64,000 nt of DNA from an uncultured Bifidobacterium sp. (GTDB lineage Bacteria > Bacteroidota > Bacteroidia > UKL13-3): the NCBI GenBank assembly GCA_964529175.1, contig CAZGVO010000010.1, positions 127,933 to 191,932 on the forward strand, read 5' to 3'. The first letter of the stretch is position 1, and every line of letters begins with the position of its first letter. This document shows positions 27,397 through 36,494 of this stretch, one piece after another. The translations under genes and the position numbers were made by a program. The notes beneath the pieces were generated by a model, which was given only the letters and a program-made list of their open reading frames with translations, did not search any database and was not told the origin of the DNA.

Positions 27397-28191
27397 TTAT
27401 TTGTTCTTTTTAACAATGTATTTAGCATTTTTACCTAAAAAGAAGTTAAAAGTATCGCTTCTTAAGCCAAGTCTTAATGTTTCGCAAGGTATTACATCGT
27501 TTGGAGCAATATTTCCTAGGCTTACATTAGCACCTACTAATTTAATAAAATAGGTTTGTTGAGCCTTTTGAGGTGCTTCCCAAATAATTTTTTCTTCTGG
27601 TATTTTGGTTAAAATTTCTTGAACCAAACCCTCTCGAACTTCACCGCTACTTCTGTAAACACCCACATTTCCTGCTTCACGTGCTTCGGCAATTACTTTC
27701 CACGCACCAGCCTGAATTTCGGTTTCCATTAATTCAATCCATTGGTAAGGAGGAATAATTTTTTCTACATCTTTACTACCTACTTCACTTAATACGGTAA
27801 CATATTGGCTTAATTTGCTTATGTAATCAAGTTTAATATCGTGAGGTAATTCAATTGATCCATCCGATATTTCGGCATGAGTTAACTTAAAACGTTCTAA
27901 TACTTTTAAGTATTCATCAAACTGATTTCTTACTAAAAACGCTTCAAATAAAGTACCTCCAAAATATACAATAATGTTATTACTTTGGTAAAGTTTAATT
28001 TTTTCTTCCAAATTGGGAGTAACAAAAGCAGTCCCAAACCCAAGTTTAATTATATCTATTAGTCCGCCCGATACTGAAATTAAGTCTTCTGCTTCTCTGT
28101 AGCTCAGACCTTTATCCATTACCATTGTTAATCCTTTTTCGCGAGGTTTTGCACTTCGCTCAGGTATCATTTTAAGTTTAAAGTTGTTCAT
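27397..28191 (-). CDS. comA: Phosphosulfolactate synthase (ComA family)
   Basis: Collinear by eye with archaeal ComA: KGLTMVMDKGL, FGTAFV, GGTLFE, ISDGS, EAPQKAQQ, ETLRLGLRSDTF. Confidence 0.88.
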   Translation of the reverse strand: MNNFKLKMIPERSAKPREKGLTMVMDKGLSYREAEDLISVSGGLIDIIKLGFGTAFVTPNLEEKIKLYQSNNIIVYFGGTLFEAFLVRNQFDEYLKVLERFKLTHAEISDGSIELPHDIKLDYISKLSQYVTVLSEVGSKDVEKIIPPYQWIELMETEIQAGAWKVIAEAREAGNVGVYRSSGEVREGLVQEILTKIPEEKIIWEAPQKAQQTYFIKLVGANVSLGNIAPNDVIPCETLRLGLRSDTFNFFLGKNAKYIVKKNK

Positions 28192-28292
28192 TTATAAAAA
28201 TTTGCAAAACTGCTTTTTAGAACTGCTAAAGTATGATAAATAGTTTTTTTATTATGTATAAAATTTGTCAGGTTATTAATTAACAAATACCA

Positions 28293-30185
28293 TTAACTAA
28301 CGCTTACATAAATTGATTTAATTTCATCAGCATATTTGGTTTCTACCACTTTACGTTTAATTTTTTGAGTTGGAGTCATTTCCCCATCTTCCAAAGTAAA
28401 TGGTCTGCGCTTAATTGAATAATTTTTTACTCGTTCAAACTTTCCTAAATTAACTTCCAACGTTTTCATATCGGCATCCAACCAATCAATTACTTCCTTG
28501 TCTCTAATAAATTCATCATCTTGCTTAAAGTAATCTTCTTTAAAGTTAAATACTTCTTTCATTTCTTCTTTACTAGGAACAATCAATGCAGTTAAATACT
28601 CTTGCCTATCGCCAATTAAAAATATTTGCTCAATTTTATTTGATTTCATATAAACATTTTCAATTGGAGTTGGATACACGTTTTTACCAAACGAGTTAAC
28701 GATGATGTTTTTAATTCTATCAGTAATTTTTAAATAACCTTTTTCAAATTTTCCAACATCTCCAGTATGCAACCAACCATCGCTATCAATTGCTTTTGCT
28801 GTTTCTTCTGGTAAGTTCCAATAACCTTTCATTACGTTTAATCCACGTACCAAAATTTCACCTTCAGCACTTTCAAAGCTTGGATTAAATGATTCGTAGG
28901 TTTGAAGAGTAATAATTTCTTTGGTATCTACATTTTGAATGGCTACTTCGTTGGCTTGCCCAATACGACCTACAGTTCCCCAAACTTGGCGATGCACTTC
29001 GTTAGCACATACAAATGGCGAAGTTTCCGTTAAGCCATAACCTTCAATTACTAAAATATCTAAATTGGCAAAAAACTCCCCAACGTGTTTAGGTAAAGCA
29101 CCTCCACCACTAACCATTACACTCATTTTTCCACCCAAGCGTTCCTTAATTTTGGTGTAAACTAATTTTTCAGCTAAAGCCAATTGTAGGTTTAAAAACA
29201 GACCGTTACTTTTTCCATTTTCCTTGTTAATTCTACGTTTTTCGCCAGTGGCCAAAGCCCAATTGAATATTTTTAGTTTAAAACCACCTTGTGATGTAGC
29301 ACTTTTTCTAACACGTTCTTCTATGCGTTCAAGTAAACGAGGAACTGTTAAAATAGCACGTGGTTGAACCTCTTGAATATTGGTAGTTAAGGCTTCTAAA
29401 CTTTGCGCAAAAGCTACTTTAAAACCTTTGTAAGTACTAAAATAATAAGTACAAGTGCGCTCGTACACATGGCAAAGCGGTAAAAATGATAAAAATGTAA
29501 AATCTTTGGTAACAATTGGAAGTAATAAATCGGCCATTACTATGTTGCTCATAAAGTTATTATGGGTAAGCATAGCACCTTTAGGTTTTCCGGTAGTTCC
29601 TGAGGTATATAACAAACACGATAAATCTTCGTAAGTTACTTTTTCAAGTTCTTCTTCAATTAATTGTTTGGTACTGTCGTACAATGAAGTGCCTTCTTCA
29701 ATAACTTTATGGTATGATTTTATTTCATCACCTTCTGTATCAAAGGCTGTAATAATGGTTTTTAAAGTTGGACAATTATCTTTTACTTTTTTTAATCGTT
29801 TAAGTAAAAATGGAGTTCCTACTAAAATTGTTTTTGATTCTGAATCGTTTATAATATACTCAATATCAGACTCTGACGAAGTTGGGTAAATAGAAACATT
29901 TACTATGCCTAATTGCATTAAAGCTTGGTCAAAGCAAATATACTCAGGACAGTTTTCAATTAACAAAGCTGCTTTATCGCCTTTTCTTAAACCTGCATTA
30001 TACAAATAGGCCGAAATAGCATTAAGCTGTTCAAAAACTTGAGCATAAGTTATATCTTCATATCTGTCTCTTTTTTTTACTTGCAAATAGGTATCGCTTG
30101 GCTTGTTAATATTATTGGCAGTATTGCGCAAAAAATAATGCAGCGATTTAAAATCTTTGTATTTATCTGTAATAGTCTCGAACAT
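28293..30185 (-). CDS. Long-chain fatty acid-CoA ligase (AMP-dependent synthetase)
   Basis: YTSGTTGKPKG AMP-binding motif, GYGLTE, TGD. 630 aa. Confidence 0.85.
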   Translation of the reverse strand: MFETITDKYKDFKSLHYFLRNTANNINKPSDTYLQVKKRDRYEDITYAQVFEQLNAISAYLYNAGLRKGDKAALLIENCPEYICFDQALMQLGIVNVSIYPTSSESDIEYIINDSESKTILVGTPFLLKRLKKVKDNCPTLKTIITAFDTEGDEIKSYHKVIEEGTSLYDSTKQLIEEELEKVTYEDLSCLLYTSGTTGKPKGAMLTHNNFMSNIVMADLLLPIVTKDFTFLSFLPLCHVYERTCTYYFSTYKGFKVAFAQSLEALTTNIQEVQPRAILTVPRLLERIEERVRKSATSQGGFKLKIFNWALATGEKRRINKENGKSNGLFLNLQLALAEKLVYTKIKERLGGKMSVMVSGGGALPKHVGEFFANLDILVIEGYGLTETSPFVCANEVHRQVWGTVGRIGQANEVAIQNVDTKEIITLQTYESFNPSFESAEGEILVRGLNVMKGYWNLPEETAKAIDSDGWLHTGDVGKFEKGYLKITDRIKNIIVNSFGKNVYPTPIENVYMKSNKIEQIFLIGDRQEYLTALIVPSKEEMKEVFNFKEDYFKQDDEFIRDKEVIDWLDADMKTLEVNLGKFERVKNYSIKRRPFTLEDGEMTPTQKIKRKVVETKYADEIKSIYVSVS

Positions 30186-30465
30186 ATATTATATCATATT
30201 TACTGTTGCGAATAAAAGGCATTTTTTTGAAACTGCAATTGCAATGCTTACAAAATGGAGGTATTAAAATTGGTAAATATTACTAAAAATGCTATTTATT
30301 GTTGTAAAATTCAATAATTCATACAATTTGGCCTAATATTTGTTTGAATACAATTGTATATTTCATTAAAAAACAAGTGCATTTAATTATGAGCAAAGTT
30401 TTACATTAATGGTAATATAATTGAGTAAATTTGTTTTTGTTTTGTATAACCAAATAATTAATAAT

Positions 30466-31821
30466 ATGTCAGTTAAATCGATTTTAGCATTATTTACAAC
30501 AACCATGATTTTTGGTTCTTGTGCGCTTTTAAATCAACCTGCAACGGCTGATGATGATGTTTATTACACTAATTCCAATAATTTAATAGGTGTTGGAGCG
30601 TCTAAAATTCCAACTGTTGATTTAGAGAAAATTAAACGCGAAAATCCTTCGTTAATAGATACTACCAAACCCTCTGGATATAATAATATGGAGGAAACGG
30701 CTAATCCAAGGGCGGTTTTGGGATATTCTGCCTACAAAGCAACTCAAGATTCAATTTACAAACAACATCCAGAATATTCGGGTTATTATCAACCTTATTC
30801 AATGCCACCTTTTAGTTTGAGAGAAGAGTATTTGCGTTTAAAAGCTGAGCGTAGACAACAAAGAAGATTAGCTAGAATTAATAACAGGCGTTACTACGGA
30901 TATAATAATTACTACAACCAAGGCCCAGGTTTTAATTATGGTTACAATAATTTTGGTTACAATAACTTCTGTAATCCTTGGTACGGAAACACAGGCTGGG
31001 GTTATAATAATTGGGGTCCAACTTTTGGTTTTGGTTGGAATACATTTAATGGCTGGAATGCAGGCATAGGTTTTGGTTACAATAATTTTTATAATCCTTG
31101 GGCTTTTAATAATTATTATTACAATCCATGGGGATATTATAATAATTACAATCCTTACGGGTATTATAATAACTATTACCCAAGTGGAAATGGAGGAGTT
31201 GACAATAGAAATAGTTCAGGTCAACATGGGCAAAATCAACCTCGTCAAGTTGTTGGCTCTAATTTACCCTCAACTAATGGAGGAACCATTGATAATCCAA
31301 ATCCTAACCCACTTAAATTAGCTCCTAGAGCTCCTAATGCAAATGGTGACGTTTTAGATAATAACCAAGGTCAACCCAATCAGGTTAGGGTTGTTGGATC
31401 TGGAGGTACACTTGTAAATACTGAAAGCGGTGTTCAATATGTAGCTCCTCGTTCTGAAAATGCTACACCACAAAGTTATCCTACTTACGAGAGGTCTGTT
31501 GAGCAAAATAATGCCCAAAACGAATACAGAAGAGCCAATCCTCAATATGCTGCTCCGGCTCCTGTTCCTGCTGAAACACCAAGAGTAAACAATTCAAATT
31601 ATTCGCAACCTAATTACAATTATCAGCCAAATAATAGTCAGCCTACTTATTCTCAACCATCAAATAATTATAATCCACCAGCTTATAGTCAACCTAGCTA
31701 TAATACTCCTCGTTCTAATGGTTCATTTAATGGAGGAGGGGGCAATAGTGGTGGAGGTGGAGGAAGAAGTTCTGGTGGAGGAGGTTCTTCTGGAGGCGCA
31801 CCTGTTTCTAGACCAAGATAA
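30466..31821 (+). CDS. Low-complexity Asn/Tyr/Gly/Trp/Pro-rich lipoprotein (prion-like composition)
   Basis: ATG at 30466 gives MSVKSILALFTTTMIFGSC (signal peptide plus lipobox Cys19). Residues about 143-240 are almost only N/Y/G/W/F/P. SQPxY repeats and a Gly/Ser tail follow. Confidence 0.6.
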   Translation: MSVKSILALFTTTMIFGSCALLNQPATADDDVYYTNSNNLIGVGASKIPTVDLEKIKRENPSLIDTTKPSGYNNMEETANPRAVLGYSAYKATQDSIYKQHPEYSGYYQPYSMPPFSLREEYLRLKAERRQQRRLARINNRRYYGYNNYYNQGPGFNYGYNNFGYNNFCNPWYGNTGWGYNNWGPTFGFGWNTFNGWNAGIGFGYNNFYNPWAFNNYYYNPWGYYNNYNPYGYYNNYYPSGNGGVDNRNSSGQHGQNQPRQVVGSNLPSTNGGTIDNPNPNPLKLAPRAPNANGDVLDNNQGQPNQVRVVGSGGTLVNTESGVQYVAPRSENATPQSYPTYERSVEQNNAQNEYRRANPQYAAPAPVPAETPRVNNSNYSQPNYNYQPNNSQPTYSQPSNNYNPPAYSQPSYNTPRSNGSFNGGGGNSGGGGGRSSGGGGSSGGAPVSRPR

Positions 31822-31860
31822 TTTTAGTCCATATTTTATTAAATTTTTTTGAATCAATTT

Positions 31861-33390
31861 ATGAAAAAAATATATTTGGTAATGGCATTATTATGCCTTT
31901 CGAGTGGGGTTTTTGCCCAAAACGAACAAGATGCATTACGTTATTCTCAAAACAAAGTTTTTGGTACTGCTCGTGTTCAAGGTGCTGGTGGTGCTTTTGG
32001 AGCTTTGGGAGCTGATGCAAGTGCAATTGCTATTAATCCTGCTGGTATAGCTTTATACCGAAAAACTGAAATTTCGGCAAGCTTGGGAATAAGTTCTTAC
32101 TTTAACGATTCTCGTTACATTGGCACCAGTTCTACTGAAACAAAAACAGGTTTAAATATACCTCAATTTGGAATTGTGCTTACAAAAATACAGCAAGGTT
32201 TAAAGGGAGATGAAACCAAAGGTTTGGTTAGTTATTCGTTCGGTTTTGGAATGAATAGATTGAACGATTTCAATCAAAATTCGAACTTTACGGGAGTTAA
32301 TACAAAATCGAGCATTGCTGATTATTTTGCAGAGCAAGCTAATGGACAAACTTTTCCTAGTACCAATTCATTTGCCTCATATATTAATAATATTCCAGGA
32401 ATGGCTTGGAACACTTATTTAATTGACTCAATTGGGGTTAAAAAATATGGCTCAACTTTTAAAAGTAATAATGATACTAATTTCTCTATCCGTCAATCCA
32501 ATATTTCAAAAGTTTTAGGTAGAATAAACGAATACAATTTCTCAAGTGGATTAAATATTTCAAATACAATTTATGTTGGAGCTTCACTAATTTTTCAAAA
32601 TATAAATTACGAAAGTAAAAGTACTTTTTACGAAAACGTAATTAGTAAGAGTAGCGCAAACAATCTTTACAATTCAAGCGAGTTTGTTTCAACATTAACT
32701 ACTTCAGGTACAGGAATTGGAGGTAGATTTGGATTAATTGTAAAGCCAATTGATTATTTAAGACTAGGTTTAAGTTATATCACTGCGGTAAGATTAAATT
32801 TAAAAGATGATTATGGATATGCAATAAATTCAGTAGTTAATGGAAATAATTACAATTACAGCCAATATGCAGTATCAAATTATTATGAATACGATATTGT
32901 AACACCCTCAAAATTAACAGTTAGTGGTGCCTTTATGCATCCTAAATTAGGTTTTATTTCAATTGATTGGGATAGAGTTGATTACACATCGGCTAGGTTA
33001 ACTTCAGGCAGTAATTTGTTTGCCAATGCAAACGATGCTATTAAAACTAATTATAGAGCTGCCAATAATGTGAGAATTGGTGCTGAATTGAAATATTTAA
33101 ACACTAGATTTAGAGGTGGTTATAGTTATTATGAATCACCATTTAACTCTACTTCCTTGGGAGTTTCGTTAGATAATCCTACCCAAAGTGTTTCTGGTGG
33201 TTTAGGGTTTTTGTTTCCATCAATAGATAATTTTGGATCTGACTTTTTTATAGATGGGGCATTAACTTATACTTGGAATAAAAATTACCAAACTCCTTAT
33301 CAATTAGTTGAAAAAGGAAAAACAACTTACTCTTCCGAAAATAATTTTTCAATGTTAAACGTGGTGGTAACTGCTGGTTTTAGATTTTAA
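31861..33390 (+). CDS. FadL/OmpP1/TodX-like outer membrane beta-barrel protein
   Basis: Signal peptide, N-terminal QDALRYSQ...GTARVQGAGGAFGALGADASAIAINPAG plug-like motif, alternating beta-strand pattern, C-terminal aromatic residue (GFRF). Confidence 0.55.
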   Translation: MKKIYLVMALLCLSSGVFAQNEQDALRYSQNKVFGTARVQGAGGAFGALGADASAIAINPAGIALYRKTEISASLGISSYFNDSRYIGTSSTETKTGLNIPQFGIVLTKIQQGLKGDETKGLVSYSFGFGMNRLNDFNQNSNFTGVNTKSSIADYFAEQANGQTFPSTNSFASYINNIPGMAWNTYLIDSIGVKKYGSTFKSNNDTNFSIRQSNISKVLGRINEYNFSSGLNISNTIYVGASLIFQNINYESKSTFYENVISKSSANNLYNSSEFVSTLTTSGTGIGGRFGLIVKPIDYLRLGLSYITAVRLNLKDDYGYAINSVVNGNNYNYSQYAVSNYYEYDIVTPSKLTVSGAFMHPKLGFISIDWDRVDYTSARLTSGSNLFANANDAIKTNYRAANNVRIGAELKYLNTRFRGGYSYYESPFNSTSLGVSLDNPTQSVSGGLGFLFPSIDNFGSDFFIDGALTYTWNKNYQTPYQLVEKGKTTYSSENNFSMLNVVVTAGFRF

Positions 33391-33553
33391 ATTAATATAA
33401 TTTTTAGGTTATTTATAATAATAAGTGGCTCAATTACAGTAGAATAAACCTTATTTCACACGTATTTGAGCTATTTTTTTTATTAACAAATTGTATTTAT
33501 ATTTTACTAATTGGCCGTATAGCCTTATTTTGCGTAACTAAAAATAATAAATT

Positions 33554-34972
33554 TTGACGTTAATTAAATCAATATCAGGTATTAGGGGAACAATTGGTGG
33601 GCAAAGTGGAAATGCACTTACTCCAATTGATGTTGTAAAATTTACTGCTGCTTTTGGTAGCATGATAAAGCAAGAATCTAATGATTGTAAAATTGTAGTT
33701 GGAAGAGATGCGCGAATAAGCGGAGATATGGTAAACCGCTTGGTTTGTGCTACCCTTTGTGGATTGGGAATAGATGTAATTGATTTAGGTTTAAGTACCA
33801 CACCTACTGTTGAAATGGCAGTAGTTATGGAGCAAGCCAATGGAGGTATTATATTAACAGCTAGTCATAATCCAAAACAATGGAATGCTTTAAAATTATT
33901 GAATAGCAAAGGCGAGTTTATTTCTGACGAGTTAGGTAAACAAATGTTAGCCGTAGCCGAAGGTGGTAATATTGAGTTTGCTGATGTAGATAAACTAGGA
34001 AAAATTACTGAAAAGAAAGATTACATAGCCAAACATATTGACGAAATTTTAAAATTAGATTTAGTAGATGTAGAAGCTATTAAAGCTAAAAAATTCAAAA
34101 TAGTAGTTGATGCTGTTAATTCAACAGGAGGAATAGCTGTGCCAATGTTATTGCGTGCACTTGGAGTAGATGATATTATTGAAATATTCTGCACTCCTGA
34201 TGGTAAATTCCCTCATAATCCAGAACCGCTTCCTGAAAATTTAACTGCAATTTCAAATGAAGTTACTAGAAATAATGCTGATTTGGGTATTGTAGTTGAT
34301 CCAGATGTGGATAGATTAGCTTTGGTTAACGAAGATGGTAGTATGTTTGGCGAAGAATATACGTTAGTAGCCGTAGCTGATTACATATTGAAAAATGTAA
34401 GTGATGATAATTTAAAACGCAATGGTTTTGTAAAAAACACTGTTTCTAATTTGTCTTCAACTAGAGCATTACGCGATGTTACCGAAAAACATAGTGGTTC
34501 ATACAAAGCTAGTGCTGTTGGTGAAGTAAATGTGGTTACCATGATGAAAGAAACCAAAGCTGTAATTGGTGGTGAAGGCAATGGAGGAATTATTTTCCCA
34601 GAATTACATTATGGTAGAGATGCCATGGTTGGAATTGCATTATTCTTAACACATTTAGCTAAAAGCGATAAATTATGCTCAATTTTACGCTCGTCTTACC
34701 CTGATTATACTATAGCTAAGAAGAAAATTGATTTAGATGCAAGTATCAATATTGACGAGCTTTTAAGCGGTATTCAAGAAAAATATAAAAAACAACCAAT
34801 CAATACTGTTGATGGTGTAAAAATAGAATTTGATAATGAGTGGGTTCATTTGCGTAGAAGTAATACAGAGCCTATTATTCGTATTTATGCTGAAAGCAAA
34901 AGTGAGGCAACTGCTAACCACTTAGCCGAAAAAATAATTATGGATATGAAACAAATTATTAATGGACAATAA
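33554..34972 (+). CDS. glmM: Phosphoglucosamine mutase
   Basis: SGIRGTIGG start, active-site TASHNP, DPDVDR metal loop. TTG start. Confidence 0.9.
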   Translation: MTLIKSISGIRGTIGGQSGNALTPIDVVKFTAAFGSMIKQESNDCKIVVGRDARISGDMVNRLVCATLCGLGIDVIDLGLSTTPTVEMAVVMEQANGGIILTASHNPKQWNALKLLNSKGEFISDELGKQMLAVAEGGNIEFADVDKLGKITEKKDYIAKHIDEILKLDLVDVEAIKAKKFKIVVDAVNSTGGIAVPMLLRALGVDDIIEIFCTPDGKFPHNPEPLPENLTAISNEVTRNNADLGIVVDPDVDRLALVNEDGSMFGEEYTLVAVADYILKNVSDDNLKRNGFVKNTVSNLSSTRALRDVTEKHSGSYKASAVGEVNVVTMMKETKAVIGGEGNGGIIFPELHYGRDAMVGIALFLTHLAKSDKLCSILRSSYPDYTIAKKKIDLDASINIDELLSGIQEKYKKQPINTVDGVKIEFDNEWVHLRRSNTEPIIRIYAESKSEATANHLAEKIIMDMKQIINGQ

Positions 34973-35020
34973 TAATTTGCAAAAACTAAAAACAAAGTAC
35001 TAAAAACTAAGAACTAACGA

Positions 35021-36112
35021 ATGCAGTGTGGAATAGTAGGCTTACCAAATGTAGGCAAATCAACTTTATTTAATTGCTTAAGCAATGCAAAAGCGCAAGC
35101 AGCTAATTTTCCTTTTTGTACCATTGAACCTAATGTGGGCGTTATTACAGTTCCTGATGAGCGTTTAAATGTACTAGAAAGTCTGGTTAAACCTAACCGA
35201 ATTGTACCAACAAATATAGAAATAGTCGATATAGCTGGATTGGTAAAAGGTGCTAGCAAAGGCGAAGGATTAGGAAATCAATTTTTGGCAAATATCCGTC
35301 AAACTGATGCTATTATACATGTTTTGCGTTGTTTCGAAGATGAAAATATCATTCACGTAGATGGTTCCGTTAATCCATTGCGTGATAAAGAAATTATAGA
35401 CACTGAATTGCAATTAAAAGATTTAGATTCGGTTGAAAAGAAACTTCAAAAAGTAAGCAGAGCTGCTAAAACTGGTGATAAAGAAATGATTAAAGTGGAA
35501 AATACTTTGTTAAAATACAAAGCCCACTTAGATGATGGAAAATCGGTTAGAACTTTGGAAGTAACTGATAATGAAAAAGAACATGTAGAAGATTTGTGTT
35601 TACTTACTGCTAAACCTGTTATGTATGTTTGCAACGTAGATGAAGCATCAGTAGTAAACGGAAATAAATTTGTAGTGCAAGTACGCGAGGCAGTTAAGGA
35701 TGAAAATGCAGAGGTATTAATCATTAGTGCAGCTATTGAAAGTGAAATTTCTGGATTAGACAGTTATGAAGATAGAATTGCTTTTTTAAATGATTTAGGT
35801 TTAACAGAAAGTGGTGTGGCTAAACTAATTAGAGCATCATATAAATTATTAAATTTAATTACTTACTTTACTGCTGGTGTTCAAGAGGTTAGAGCTTGGA
35901 CTATTGACCGTGGTTTTAAAGCTCCACAAGCAGCAGGGGTTATTCATACCGATTTTGAAAGAGGTTTTATTAAAGCAGATGTTATTGCTTATGAAGACTT
36001 TAAAAAATATGGTTCAGAGTCGGCTTGTAGAGAAGCTGGGGCTTTACGTATGGAAGGAAAAGAGTATATTGTAAACGATGGTGATGTAATGCACTTTAAA
36101 TTTAACGTTTAA
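35021..36112 (+). CDS. ychF: Redox-regulated ATPase YchF
   Basis: GIVGLPNVGKSTLFN, DIAGLVKGAS, C-terminal TGS-like FIKA.V.... Confidence 0.95.
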   Translation: MQCGIVGLPNVGKSTLFNCLSNAKAQAANFPFCTIEPNVGVITVPDERLNVLESLVKPNRIVPTNIEIVDIAGLVKGASKGEGLGNQFLANIRQTDAIIHVLRCFEDENIIHVDGSVNPLRDKEIIDTELQLKDLDSVEKKLQKVSRAAKTGDKEMIKVENTLLKYKAHLDDGKSVRTLEVTDNEKEHVEDLCLLTAKPVMYVCNVDEASVVNGNKFVVQVREAVKDENAEVLIISAAIESEISGLDSYEDRIAFLNDLGLTESGVAKLIRASYKLLNLITYFTAGVQEVRAWTIDRGFKAPQAAGVIHTDFERGFIKADVIAYEDFKKYGSESACREAGALRMEGKEYIVNDGDVMHFKFNV

Positions 36113-36424
36113 ACTTTATCCTTCAATTTATTAGATTGAGTAAATAAAAATTACGTTTCAGTTTAAATGTAACTCTTTTGTAAATTACTAAGTTAGCTTT
36201 GTAGAGGTTTGTAGGCATAAATATTTGATTAAAACAGTTGATTTAGATAAAATATTTAGGTTTGAATAAATAATATATTGTCATATTTGTGTAACCAAAA
36301 AATGTAGTGCAACCATTGTTAACACTATATTTTACTTATGAATAACAATTAATAATCAATCATATCAACAAATAAAACAAAGAAGTAAAAACAGTAAATT
36401 AACTCAAAAGGTATTAAATTTTTG

Positions 36425-36441
36425 TAAACACTATGTGTTTA
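36425..36441. promoter_or_regulatory. Perfect 7-3-7 palindrome TAAACAC-TAT-GTGTTTA, 54 nt upstream of exbB
   Basis: Direct reading. It sits near the 3' end of a 382-bp AT-rich leader. The operator role is inferred only. Confidence 0.3.
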
Positions 36442-36494
36442 TTCAACTAAAATAATTTTATTCGCAATTAATTAACTAAAAAATAAACAAAAAA

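Noticed and set aside
31073-31545. Alternative-frame ORFs 31073-31321 (+) and 31354-31545 (-).
   Set aside because: They fall inside the low-complexity lipoprotein gene. Repetitive AAT/TAT/GGT codons keep other frames open. The long frame with a signal peptide is preferred.
33538-35259. Minus-strand ORFs 33538-33840, 34381-34581 and 35014-35259.
   Set aside because: They are antisense to glmM and ychF, whose identities are unambiguous.
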